DNA from: Acinetobacter phage ZZ1 | Sequence record: NC_018087.3 | Direction: 5' to 3' (one strand) | Length of the DNA stretch: 64,000 nt | In this document: one piece after another, positions 8,605 to 17,591 of the stretch | Numbering within the stretch: position 1 is the first letter of the stretch | Layout: each line of letters begins with the position of its first letter | Notes under the pieces: model-generated | What the model was told of the DNA's origin: nothing | Database searches by the model: none | What the model saw: the letters and a program-made list of their open reading frames with translations, nothing else | Position numbers and translations under genes: made by a program

Positions 8605-9044
8605 TTTTCGCCTCCAGGTTTTTGTGGTTTTGGCGTACCGCGCACAACTAATCCAATTACTGGTGTATTAGCATTAGTTGTTACATTGATACCTCGGGTA
8701 AAACGAATACAATAAACAACTTCAGCATCTAATATATTTGCAACACTATCACTACCTGTCGTTAAACTACCCATCCAGCTTTTAACCGAAACAAATTCGC
8801 CCATGTCATTTACATATGTTGGGTCATCAACAAATTTAATGCCTGACGCTTTTAATTCAGCATATTTTGGAAATTCATTACGCATCTTAATAATCTGGTC
8901 TTTAAATTGACCCAAGTATTGATCATAGACTTTTTTACCGTCTCCAAACGTAATATAGCCGTTAATAGCATCATTAAATGTTTTAATGAGATTATTGTAA
9001 ATTTCGGCATTTAAAGGTACTGCACGTTTTACTACTTTAACCAT
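8580..9044 (-). CDS. hypothetical protein (paralogous to 7992..8369)
   Basis: 154 aa. EIYNNLIKTFNDAINGY versus DVYNTFIKSFNDAIKLA in the paralog. Confidence 0.5.
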   Translation of the reverse strand: MVKVVKRAVPLNAEIYNNLIKTFNDAINGYITFGDGKKVYDQYLGQFKDQIIKMRNEFPKYAELKASGIKFVDDPTYVNDMGEFVSVKSWMGSLTTGSDSVANILDAEVVYCIRFTRGINVTTNANTPVIGLVVRGTPKPQKPGGEKCLNLMRN

Positions 9045-9065
9045 TTTAAATCTCCATAGTGGATG

Positions 9066-10892
9066 TCAAGAAGACATCCACTCTTTACGAAGTTCTGCAT
9101 TTTTACCTAACAACATTTCAAATTGTGTTTCCCATGATTCTGGTAATTTAACAACTTCGAAATATGGTTCGTTAATAACGCGTTCATATTCACTTTCTTC
9201 AAGTGAACCAAGTCCTTTGATATATCGACAAGTATAACCTTTAAGACTATCTTTATCGGCATCATATTCTTCTGATGTGTAATACCATTTTTGGTCTTTA
9301 CCCTTTTGACAAATCCAAACAGGTGTTTTTACAAATTTAATTCGGCCTTGTTCAAATAATTCAGGCCAATTACTGAAGAATGCAAGCAACGACGGGTAAA
9401 TTGAACCGGTACCATCAACATCGGCATCTGTCATAATCGCAACATTGCGATAATTAAGGCTATCAGCTTTTTCGCCAATAGTTAACCCCATAATCGCACA
9501 AATATCAAAGATTTCTTTATTCTTTAACATATCTGTTGCGGATAAGCCCCAGGTATTAAGAACTTTACCGCGTAACGGATATCCGCCATGTAATTCACGA
9601 TTACGTGTTGAAATTAAATAACCAATTGCAGAATCACCTTCTGTTAAAAACAGAGTTGTTTCTTTTTGATCATTACCATAACCATTTGCTTTAATATGCT
9701 TAGATACTTTGGCTTTAGCAGCAGCTTTATTTGCTTTGGTTTCTGCAGCCTTTTCTGCGGCAAGCTTACGTGCAAGAACAGCTTCAATAATTGGCATTAA
9801 AATATCTTCATTTGCCATAAACTGCTTAGCAATTTTCTTGATATCAATATCAATATGAGATTTAACTTCACCCGCCGGAGATGTTAAACGTTCTTTAGTT
9901 TGTGAATCAAACCGTAAATTCTTCATATCTTTTAAGAATAATAATACGGTTACACATTCTTTAATTCTGGCCTTATTAACATCAATTTTATATTTGCGTT
10001 TAATTGATGGGATAAGTTCATTTGCCAATTCATCCATTACATAATCAAGATGTGAACCACCCACTTTTGTATGAATAGCATTTACATATGATAAGTGACG
10101 GAATCCATCTTCCGAACGACCAATTGCAAATTGCACATTATCAGTTTCTGCTGTAATCGCAGATTCATCATATTGTTTTGCATATTTTTTAAAATTACCT
10201 TGAACTTTTTTACCATTAAATTTAAATTCAATTTCAGGGTAAACAACAGCCAATGTTTGCATTTGATCTTCAATAATTTGAACAATTACATCATCGATCG
10301 CATCGCATTCAAAATGACTAAAGTCTGGGGTAAATTTAACTTCAGTACCCTGCGTTTGTTTTGCATATACTTTTTGTGTCCAATCAATATTGTCCATATT
10401 ATTGACACAATGAACAATTAATGTTTGTTCCCCATCACATGTTGTACCAATAAATTCTTTTGAAAAAATATTAGTTAAAGATGACCCAACACCATTCATG
10501 CCTGAAGTTTTACGTTCAGAATCATCACCAAAATTACCACCGGCTTTTGTGCGTGTCCATGCTGCTACAGCACCAGGAATTTCTGTACCTTCGGGCGTTG
10601 TAATCATTGCTTGTGGAATACCACGTCCATTATCTGTTACAGTTACCCAATTATCTTTAATTGTGACTGCGATTTTATTTGCGTATTGGAAATTAGTACG
10701 AACCGCTTCATCAATTGAGTTATCACGAATTTCTTCAATTAATTTTACAATTGCCGGAACATATTTTAATTTTGTAAATTTACCAAATAAGAATCGATCA
10801 TATTCTTCATTTGAGGTAGAACCTACATACATACCAGGTCGTTTTAAGACGTGCTCTTTATCAGATAACATCTTAATTTCATTCTTGATCAT
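9066..10892 (-). CDS. 39: DNA topoisomerase II large subunit (T4 gp39 and gp60 fused, GyrB-like)
   Basis: 608 aa. GHKL ATPase motifs (ERKTSGMNGVGSSLTN) and Toprim motifs (LFLTEGDSA, IMTDADVDG). A single continuous ORF, as in most T4 relatives other than T4 itself. Confidence 0.85.
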   Translation of the reverse strand: MIKNEIKMLSDKEHVLKRPGMYVGSTSNEEYDRFLFGKFTKLKYVPAIVKLIEEIRDNSIDEAVRTNFQYANKIAVTIKDNWVTVTDNGRGIPQAMITTPEGTEIPGAVAAWTRTKAGGNFGDDSERKTSGMNGVGSSLTNIFSKEFIGTTCDGEQTLIVHCVNNMDNIDWTQKVYAKQTQGTEVKFTPDFSHFECDAIDDVIVQIIEDQMQTLAVVYPEIEFKFNGKKVQGNFKKYAKQYDESAITAETDNVQFAIGRSEDGFRHLSYVNAIHTKVGGSHLDYVMDELANELIPSIKRKYKIDVNKARIKECVTVLLFLKDMKNLRFDSQTKERLTSPAGEVKSHIDIDIKKIAKQFMANEDILMPIIEAVLARKLAAEKAAETKANKAAAKAKVSKHIKANGYGNDQKETTLFLTEGDSAIGYLISTRNRELHGGYPLRGKVLNTWGLSATDMLKNKEIFDICAIMGLTIGEKADSLNYRNVAIMTDADVDGTGSIYPSLLAFFSNWPELFEQGRIKFVKTPVWICQKGKDQKWYYTSEEYDADKDSLKGYTCRYIKGLGSLEESEYERVINEPYFEVVKLPESWETQFEMLLGKNAELRKEWMSS

Positions 10893-10950
10893 TTTGTCTC
10901 CAAGTGTTCATGGGATAAAGTAATATTATCATTAAATTATGAAAAGCAAA

Positions 10951-10971
10951 TTGGGATCCTACGGATCCCAA
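10951..10971 (-). terminator. terminator hairpin ttgggatcc-tac-ggatcccaa
   Basis: Perfect 9-bp stem with a 3-nt loop. On the minus strand it is followed by tttgctttt, directly after the lysozyme stop at 10977. Confidence 0.55.
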
Positions 10972-10976
10972 TATAA

Positions 10977-11549
10977 TTATTTTGTTTCAAATACTTTGCG
11001 TTCTGCCTTACGTCTGTTGGCAAGACCTGGAATAACTTGTAACACACCTTTAACTCGGCCTTTATTCCATACTTCAAATTGTTCTGCTGCGCCTTTATAA
11101 TCGCCAGCATTCAATTTTCTCAATAAAGTTGAATTCGCAAATGCCGTTTCGCCAATATTGTACATTAATGAAACTAAAGCATCAAATTGATTTTGATTTA
11201 ATGGTACAGTAACTAACTTATTAACAGCAGATACAAATACTTTTAAATCATTTTTCATATACATTTTAGCCTGGGCTTCGGTGCATACATCGCCTTTGGT
11301 AACACGTTTACCACTTGGATATTTAATTGTCCCGTATCCAATAGTCCAAACATTAACACTATCGAGATATGCACTTGTACGTAAGCCTTCAAAACCTCGA
11401 ATTAAATCAACACCATAGTCAGATATATTTTTTTCTTCGGTATCAGGTGTAAGACGATCCACAACTTTGTTTAAATCATCTACTTGTGCTTGTGTTAATT
11501 TGCCGCCCGCGATTTCACGAGCAGCATCAAAGAATGGTTTAACGTCCAT
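10977..11549 (-). CDS. lysozyme (GH24, T4-lysozyme fold) with N-terminal extension
   Basis: 190 aa. Motif GFEGLRTSAYLDSVNVWTIGYG resembles the T4 lysozyme catalytic region (E...D...T triad context). Confidence 0.7.
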   Translation of the reverse strand: MDVKPFFDAAREIAGGKLTQAQVDDLNKVVDRLTPDTEEKNISDYGVDLIRGFEGLRTSAYLDSVNVWTIGYGTIKYPSGKRVTKGDVCTEAQAKMYMKNDLKVFVSAVNKLVTVPLNQNQFDALVSLMYNIGETAFANSTLLRKLNAGDYKGAAEQFEVWNKGRVKGVLQVIPGLANRRKAERKVFETK

Positions 11550-11582
11550 AATACTTTCTCTATAAAGAAAGTATTTATCAAC

Positions 11583-12098
11583 TTATGCCGCTCGAGCCGC
11601 GACCGCTTCTAATGACCAATCTTGACCAGGATAATGCTTTCTAAAAGCTTCTATTGGTGTAGGTAATCGACGTTCAACCCCTTCAGTTGTTCCATATGTC
11701 ATTTGCGGTGGATGATAAACAGGCGTTGAAACTACCATTACTCGATTCTTACGTGGAAACTGAATAATGTTGTCATGAATTTCCTCAAATGGATTTGGGT
11801 TCGGGGGAATAGCTTCAATGCACATTGGTTCCGGTTCAATCGGAGCAAAAAATTTATGAGCATGTTTACTAATGATTTTTTCAATAGGTACACCTGTTCC
11901 AAGTCGTACTTGAATCGCATCGCCGCCATGCGAAACACGTAGGACTTCAACAGTCCCGCCCGCACTAATAATTTCTTTTGCATTAACCGGATATATATCA
12001 CGATTACTAAATGATAAAGCATGTCTATTAAGAAATTCCTGATAACCTTTTACATCAATTAAACGATAACTTAATTTGAAAAAACGATTAAAAGCCAT
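11583..12098 (-). CDS. hypothetical protein (171 aa; start revised from ORF-track 12227 to the ATG at 12098)
   Basis: The ATG at 12098 is preceded by GAAAGAGGT and overlaps the stop of the upstream gene by about 10 nt. The N-terminal 43 residues of the track ORF overlap the neighbouring gene. Confidence 0.5.
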   Translation of the reverse strand: MAFNRFFKLSYRLIDVKGYQEFLNRHALSFSNRDIYPVNAKEIISAGGTVEVLRVSHGGDAIQVRLGTGVPIEKIISKHAHKFFAPIEPEPMCIEAIPPNPNPFEEIHDNIIQFPRKNRVMVVSTPVYHPPQMTYGTTEGVERRLPTPIEAFRKHYPGQDWSLEAVAARAA

Positions 12099-12315
12099 TT
12101 GGATATACCTCTTTCGTACAAAGATTTGATTTAATAGGATTTGCATATGATACTTTAGTATAAATTGCAACGATATTATCATTTTCATCAAACTCTGAAA
12201 TGATTTCAACAAAATCATTACAATCATTGTGTGATTTTACAATAACATTTGGTAACGTACGAGCATGTTCAAATAGTTCATCATCGATAACAACCGTAAC
12301 AGTTTCAATATTCAT
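12088..12315 (-). CDS. hypothetical protein (75 aa; start revised to the ATG at 12315)
   Basis: The ATG at 12315 is preceded by GAGGA. The track start at 12423 would lie inside the terminator hairpin of the dexA gene. Confidence 0.4.
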   Translation of the reverse strand: MNIETVTVVIDDELFEHARTLPNVIVKSHNDCNDFVEIISEFDENDNIVAIYTKVSYANPIKSNLCTKEVYPNGF

Positions 12316-12352
12316 TTTAAAATCCTCATATAAGTTAATCTTATTATAAATT

Positions 12353-12384
12353 AAAAAAGGCCGTATGTAAACGGCCTTTTTATT
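12353..12384 (-). terminator. rho-independent terminator (ggccgt-atgtaa-acggcc plus T-run)
   Basis: aaaaaaggccgtatgtaaacggcctttttatt, immediately after the dexA stop at 12383. Confidence 0.6.
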
Positions 12385-13057
12385 AAAATTTGCTTTTCTT
12401 AATTGAACTTGGGTCTGTATCATCAGGGTCAGGAACTTCTTCTAAACCTGCGGCGTAACGCTGGGCAGTTTTAAGCATGATAACATCTTTTGCACAATCG
12501 TGGATTGAGTCATGGGCAACAAATCCATCTAAGCGACCTTTACGTAAAGGTGTCATCGTCATACCACGAGTCATTGAATACGCTTCAATTGCAGTACGAA
12601 TATCACGTTGATTCCAAAATGCAACAGGTTCAAGCTTATTGGTTTCAAATACTTTATACGCTTCACCAATCATATGCACAAAAATTGGAAAGTCAAATGA
12701 TTGCCCACGACAATAACCAAATGACTTAAATGGTTTTACACCTTGGTCTTTTAAGTACTGAAGAATTTCAGGAATAGCCTGTTCAATTGTCATATCTTCT
12801 GCTGAAGGGGCCAAGTTTTTACGGGCTTCTGCAGATTGGTCTTTCCACCATTGAACTGTAGACGGTGATACGGTACGAGTACCCTTTTGACTTGCAATAC
12901 TTAATTTCCAGCGACGACCTGCTTTGATAAGTTCATCAATGCTTTCAACAGGCTGGGTATAATCTGAGTCAAATACTAAAACTGAAATATCTACAACAAC
13001 CGAATCTGAACGACTACCCAATGTTTCCATATCAATAATAAAATCTTTATAACTCAT
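12383..13057 (-). CDS. dexA: exonuclease A (DEDDh 3'-5' exonuclease)
   Basis: 224 aa. The motif IIDMETLG (Exo I DxE) and the C-terminal HDSIHDCAKD (H-x4-D) fit the DnaQ-like fold. Size matches T4 DexA (227 aa) and it lies next to dda. Confidence 0.75.
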   Translation of the reverse strand: MSYKDFIIDMETLGSRSDSVVVDISVLVFDSDYTQPVESIDELIKAGRRWKLSIASQKGTRTVSPSTVQWWKDQSAEARKNLAPSAEDMTIEQAIPEILQYLKDQGVKPFKSFGYCRGQSFDFPIFVHMIGEAYKVFETNKLEPVAFWNQRDIRTAIEAYSMTRGMTMTPLRKGRLDGFVAHDSIHDCAKDVIMLKTAQRYAAGLEEVPDPDDTDPSSIKKSKF

Positions 13058-13332
13058 ACATCACCTTCATTTGCTTTGCCCGATAATAGCTCTTTAATCA
13101 TAGTAATATTTGAAATTGTGCCTTCTGTTAAAGGATATGTAATTTCGCTATTAGTAATTTCAGAGAGCGCTTTCATTTGCACTTGGATTGATTTTAATTT
13201 TGCAATAACCCATTTAGCTGAGTTATGCGTATTAACCCGAGGGTTAATATTTAATACAACATTGGGATTTTCCAAAGCATTCTCTGCAAAATCAATAATA
13301 TCTTGTACTGCTTTTTGATTTACATAAATCAT
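13054..13332 (-). CDS. hypothetical protein
   Basis: 92-aa ORF overlapping its neighbours by 4 nt. Confidence 0.45.
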   Translation of the reverse strand: MIYVNQKAVQDIIDFAENALENPNVVLNINPRVNTHNSAKWVIAKLKSIQVQMKALSEITNSEITYPLTEGTISNITMIKELLSGKANEGDV

Positions 13333-13616
13333 TTGTCATATACCTCATACTGTTGAAAAATAGAATTAATTGTATGAAATGAAAGTTCTTCAGAAAGAAG
13401 AACTTTCATTTCATTTGTGCCGATTACTTTATTAAGGCGATTTGCTTTATCAATTTTACGCTCAATATATTCAATCATACGAGGAATAATTTTCTTTCCA
13501 TATCCAACAGGATCGATCCAACGTTTGTCAAGTCGACCGCTTTCATTGATTTCAGTCAGCCTGGCTACAATAAGTTCAGCCGATTTTACAGATATACTTT
13601 GAAACATAATAATCAC
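13329..13616 (-). CDS. hypothetical protein
   Basis: 95-aa ORF. Confidence 0.45.
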   Translation of the reverse strand: MIIMFQSISVKSAELIVARLTEINESGRLDKRWIDPVGYGKKIIPRMIEYIERKIDKANRLNKVIGTNEMKVLLSEELSFHTINSIFQQYEVYDK

Positions 13617-13628
13617 CTCAAACTTTCA

Positions 13629-13910
13629 TCAATTTTGTTGGGTATGTGCGTGTTTTAAAACAATAGAGTTAATATCCATAGCCAAATCAAAAGGAATTAT
13701 CACTGTTGCACCAGGACCGGCCGCCAAAAGAGTATTTCGCAAATTATAGAATGGCTTAAATGCATACCATGTATTTCTGGCAAAATCATTCTCATGATTG
13801 CCAGACGTCCATGCATTATGAATTAATTGCATCAATTGAATTAAATTTTCATATGTTAAATTCATTTTAAGACTCAAATAAAATACACATTTGTTCTTGC
13901 TCTTGTACAA
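13629..13910 (-). CDS. hypothetical protein
   Basis: 93-aa ORF. Confidence 0.4.
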   Translation of the reverse strand: MYKSKNKCVFYLSLKMNLTYENLIQLMQLIHNAWTSGNHENDFARNTWYAFKPFYNLRNTLLAAGPGATVIIPFDLAMDINSIVLKHAHTQQN

Positions 13911-15202
13911 CCAACGTACAAGAGTTGTTGAGCAAGAGCAGGGTCCGCTTTATGCATACAGGGTGTATACAAAAATACGGAATCAACTGTTGAACCTTGT
14001 GATTTATGAACAGTTCCCACAGGTAACGCTTTAACTTTCAAGAAACTATTACGTAATTTCCACCAATCTTTCCAATTTGGTTTTGGGCCGTGTCCTTTCA
14101 TTGCTTTAAATTCTGATGCCGCACGGGATAAGTAGAACTGAAATTTATTTTGTTCTTGCTCATCTGAAATTACTTGGATTGTTGCGACCATATCAGAATC
14201 GACACCTCTAACATCTAGGGCCCAAGCTTTAATTGGTAATTTTTCTGCAAAAGTTTTGATTTCCAGATTAACTGTAATTTCTTTACAGTCATGAATACGC
14301 ACCAATTCACCATTATTAAAAATAGTTTCTGTAAACTTTTTACCTTCAAATGAGTGTGTCTTAATTAAAGGCTCTTGCATTACTAAAACTTCATGCTTAA
14401 TAAATGGTAATTCAGTTTGATATAAACGCTTACGAATAATAGCATTTAAAGAATCAACTGATTTATTTGTATATGCTAACATACGATTATCAAAAAGCGC
14501 ATCTGCGTCTGGAACAATTTCAAAATACTTTTGCATAAAGTTTGCAACAGATTTTCCAGGGGCATTTAAATTATGCACTCCGGCACCATCAACAAGATTT
14601 TCACGAATCCATGAACCATTGCGAATTTCGGTCGCAACTTTAATAATTGGAGCATTTGAACGCATAACTTCTGTTAAGTTTGCTTGAACAAAATGTTCAT
14701 TAAAAAAGAATGCAGACAATTCAGGAATAGATGAGCCTGGAGCAACCGGGCGGATTTGTGCAATATCACCAAGTCCAATAATTGTACACCAACGTGGCAC
14801 GGATGTCATTAAAATACGGAATAATTCACGATCATACATTGACACTTCATCACAAATTAATACACGACATTCACTAAGATCAGGCGCATCAGATTGTTCA
14901 AATGATGTTTGATCTTCATAATTTGTCGGACTAATTTTAAGTAATGAATGGATTGTATGAGCATCCATTCCGGCAAGCTTTGAAAGAATTTTCTTGGCCT
15001 GGTGTGTAGGTGCAGCAAGCATTACACCTTTTTCGCCCGAATCAATTAAATGATTAATTAAAAATTTTGTTAAAGTTGTTTTACCTGTACCGGCTGGACC
15101 ATTGATAGTAATATGCTTACCTTGCGTTTGCATTACTTCTAAAGCAGCATTAAATGCTTGTTTTTGCCCTTCATTCAAGTCATCAAATGTTAAATCGTTC
15201 AT
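13874..15202 (-). CDS. dda: Dda-like SF1B DNA helicase
   Basis: 442 aa. Walker A INGPAGTGKTT and Walker B-like LICDEVSM, plus a C-terminal SH3-like region. T4 Dda is 439 aa and sits next to dexA. Confidence 0.8.
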   Translation of the reverse strand: MNDLTFDDLNEGQKQAFNAALEVMQTQGKHITINGPAGTGKTTLTKFLINHLIDSGEKGVMLAAPTHQAKKILSKLAGMDAHTIHSLLKISPTNYEDQTSFEQSDAPDLSECRVLICDEVSMYDRELFRILMTSVPRWCTIIGLGDIAQIRPVAPGSSIPELSAFFFNEHFVQANLTEVMRSNAPIIKVATEIRNGSWIRENLVDGAGVHNLNAPGKSVANFMQKYFEIVPDADALFDNRMLAYTNKSVDSLNAIIRKRLYQTELPFIKHEVLVMQEPLIKTHSFEGKKFTETIFNNGELVRIHDCKEITVNLEIKTFAEKLPIKAWALDVRGVDSDMVATIQVISDEQEQNKFQFYLSRAASEFKAMKGHGPKPNWKDWWKLRNSFLKVKALPVGTVHKSQGSTVDSVFLYTPCMHKADPALAQQLLYVGCTRARTNVYFI

Positions 15203-15257
15203 AATAATACCAAATTAAACTTTAAAATTATTTTACATTATTAATTAGGAAAGCGTC

Positions 15258-15560
15258 TTAAATGACGCCAACCTTTCTAACATGTAAAGTTTTTAATTGT
15301 TGGTTCAACTGCTTTCGTTGGTAATCGGGTAAAGGAAGAGGTTTAACTTCTTCAACAACTTTTTTAAAGAACCCTTTGCGCATTGTTTTATAAACAATTT
15401 TTGGATGAAGTATTGCGTCTATACTTTCTTTAAGTTCTTCCAAGCGTTCTTTTGCTTTACCTTCATTTGGGTAAATGGTAAATTCACCATATTCAGTTAA
15501 AGGCAATTCATACCCATCTGTATCTTTATAATAAACAGTATATCCAATATGCTGTGACAT
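15258..15560 (-). CDS. hypothetical protein
   Basis: 100-aa ORF. A small hairpin overlaps its stop. Confidence 0.45.
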   Translation of the reverse strand: MSQHIGYTVYYKDTDGYELPLTEYGEFTIYPNEGKAKERLEELKESIDAILHPKIVYKTMRKGFFKKVVEEVKPLPLPDYQRKQLNQQLKTLHVRKVGVI

Positions 15561-15561
15561 A

Positions 15562-15927
15562 TTATTTCTCCTGGAACTGTGGAATATTATTTAAAGTAAT
15601 TACAAAGTTTTCACGAATAATTTTTTCAACTTGACGTTGGCATTCTTCGTGCACCATGTCTTCGATACGGGTTTTATTAGAAGCCCAATGACCACGATCT
15701 TTATTAATTAAATCATTAAGATGTGATTTAATAGTTTGATTAACAATTCTATCAATTGTCTGATGAATATTGTTAGCTTTAAACAATTGTTCTACACGTT
15801 TCTTAACTTGCTCGCGAGTAATTTCCTGGTACATTTCCATCATTTCACCGCGAGTAATATTATGACCCGCCATAAGATTTTGAATGTGTCGTTTTACAAT
15901 TGCAATTGTATCAATAGGATTAGTCAT
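15562..15927 (-). CDS. hypothetical protein
   Basis: 121-aa ORF. Confidence 0.45.
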   Translation of the reverse strand: MTNPIDTIAIVKRHIQNLMAGHNITRGEMMEMYQEITREQVKKRVEQLFKANNIHQTIDRIVNQTIKSHLNDLINKDRGHWASNKTRIEDMVHEECQRQVEKIIRENFVITLNNIPQFQEK

Positions 15928-15929
15928 AC

Positions 15930-16355
15930 TTATTTCTCCATCATCTCATTAATTTTGCGCCATAATTCTGTTGTTTTGCCACCATTTTTATCTGGATGCA
16001 TAACAAAACGAATTCGCTTAAGTTCATCATATGAAAACTCATTTTTGCCAACAGGTTTAAATGAGTTTTCTGTTTTAATATACTCATCTTTAATGCCTTT
16101 ATGGGATAACACTGCTTTATATTTTATAAGAAGCTTATTATAATCCTCTACATTTGCATTATGTTTTTTAACAATACGATTATTTTCTCGTAGAGACGCA
16201 TTGTATAATTCCTTCAAAGCCTTACGATTACGCACAACATTATTGTATTCTTCAATTCGATACGCATGCCGTTTACATTCATTCATATATAAAACATAAA
16301 ATCCAGCAGCAATACCCAATCCAAGTACAAACATTAAACTACCAAAAACATCCAT
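15930..16355 (-). CDS. membrane-anchored J-domain (DnaJ-like) protein
   Basis: 141 aa. N-terminal TM helix (FGSLMFVLGLGIAAGFYVLY). The C-terminus SYDELKRIRFVMHPDKNGGKTTELWRKINEMM matches J-domain helix II, the HPD motif and helix III. Confidence 0.55.
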   Translation of the reverse strand: MDVFGSLMFVLGLGIAAGFYVLYMNECKRHAYRIEEYNNVVRNRKALKELYNASLRENNRIVKKHNANVEDYNKLLIKYKAVLSHKGIKDEYIKTENSFKPVGKNEFSYDELKRIRFVMHPDKNGGKTTELWRKINEMMEK

Positions 16356-16365
16356 ATCAATTTCC

Positions 16366-17346
16366 TCAGATGTGATTATTGAGTAAATTATAACCTGTTT
16401 TATGTTTAAGCAACTTAACTATTGACGTTGATAATGGTAAACCATATGCAATCTTTTCACAGTCTGTTGCAGAAAGATTTTCAAAACGAATTAAAGCCGG
16501 TTTAATTAATTTTAAATCTTCAATAATCTCTCGCTGACGTTGAATGTCTGCGTACAATTTATCAGATTTGTCTTTATATGCATCAAGTTGTTTAGTTATA
16601 GTTTCAACTTCACTCGTATTGACATCTTCATATGCAGTTGAGGTCATTACACGTAACCCTTTAACAAACTTAGCTAAGAATGTTTTTTGTGCATTAATAA
16701 TAACTTCTTGACTTTTCAACTTGAGTTCAATTCTACCATTGGCTTTAGTTAAGTGCTGCTTTTCAGCTTTAGATGTTTTAGGATGAAGAATTTTCATCGT
16801 ATTCTTATCAATAAGGGCTTGACGTTCACCTAATTTTAGTTGGGCCGCAACTAAATTATTAATGGCACGACGATATTTGTCACACTTATGTGCAGGAATA
16901 ACATATTTTTTAATTAAAACTTGCTCTTTTTTACAAACATGTTTACTTTCATCTAATGAATTAAGACGAATATTTGTATCATAAATTGTACGTTCAAGTT
17001 CCATTAGAGCATGTTCAATTGATGTAATTTTATCAATACGATATTGAATTTCATTATCAATAGTTTTACTTGTTAAATTATTACGCAATGAATTATATTT
17101 CTTCATCACAGGTACAACGTTACCATTAATATAGCCTTTATCATTATCGATACGTTCCATCGTCATCTTTTTTTCTTCGATGGTATCGGAAAAAGGTAAA
17201 CCTGTATAAGCACAATGAGTTTGCAATTTCATATTAATAAATGCTTGCAAAGATAAAGTAAACTCGAGTTTACGTCGAGTTGCGTCTTTTTTCTTTGCAA
17301 TATAGCATTCAGCGAATTTAATATTCTGTTCTACAGTAGTAAACAT
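16366..17346 (-). CDS. hypothetical coiled-coil protein with possible degenerate HNH-like N-terminal motif
   Basis: About 326 aa. Start taken at the first ATG (17346); the track start at 17385 is a TTG. CAYTGLPF...ERIDNDKGYINGNVVPV loosely resembles an HNH motif in which the His is replaced by Arg. The remainder is Lys/Glu/Leu-rich coiled coil. Confidence 0.4.
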   Translation of the reverse strand: MFTTVEQNIKFAECYIAKKKDATRRKLEFTLSLQAFINMKLQTHCAYTGLPFSDTIEEKKMTMERIDNDKGYINGNVVPVMKKYNSLRNNLTSKTIDNEIQYRIDKITSIEHALMELERTIYDTNIRLNSLDESKHVCKKEQVLIKKYVIPAHKCDKYRRAINNLVAAQLKLGERQALIDKNTMKILHPKTSKAEKQHLTKANGRIELKLKSQEVIINAQKTFLAKFVKGLRVMTSTAYEDVNTSEVETITKQLDAYKDKSDKLYADIQRQREIIEDLKLIKPALIRFENLSATDCEKIAYGLPLSTSIVKLLKHKTGYNLLNNHI

Positions 17347-17454
17347 GGCAATATACTCATTTGTTGATAAAGCAATAATACACAAAAGATAAGATTATGT
17401 AAACCTTTAATAATTCGTTTGAATATTTTTTAACCAATCAATAAATGCAAAACT

Positions 17455-17568
17455 CGCTTTTCATAAAAAGCGTGTTATATTATGTATAATGCCCGGGCGG
17501 CCAGCCCAGGGGGGAGATTATATATGTCGGGGATGAATATAAGAGGCGTAGCCTCCGTCCGTAGGACG
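17455..17568 (+). repeat. structured intergenic element, copy A (H1 hairpin, TATAAT-like box, H2 and H3 hairpins) on the plus strand
   Basis: H1 cgcttttcataaaaagcg (17455-17472). tgtataat at 17483-17490. H2 gaggc-gta-gcctc (17543-17555). H3 cgtcc-gta-ggacg (17556-17568). A second copy lies at 60346-60451 on the minus strand and carries compensatory stem changes. Confidence 0.55.
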
Positions 17569-17591
17569 TAATTTGATAATTTAAATGTAAT

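Noticed and set aside
9066-10892. T4-style split of topoisomerase gene 39 from gene 60, with the gene-60 translational bypass
   Set aside because: Here the large subunit is one uninterrupted 608-aa ORF that includes the region equivalent to gp60. No internal stop or hairpin gap is present.
17490-17570. GC-rich patch (gcccgggcggccagcccagggggg ... ccgtccgtaggacg) as a possible tRNA
   Set aside because: There is no cloverleaf. No T-loop GTTCRANYC-like box is present, no anticodon stem-loop, and no acceptor-stem pairing of the ends. The conserved hairpins instead match the second copy at 60346-60451.
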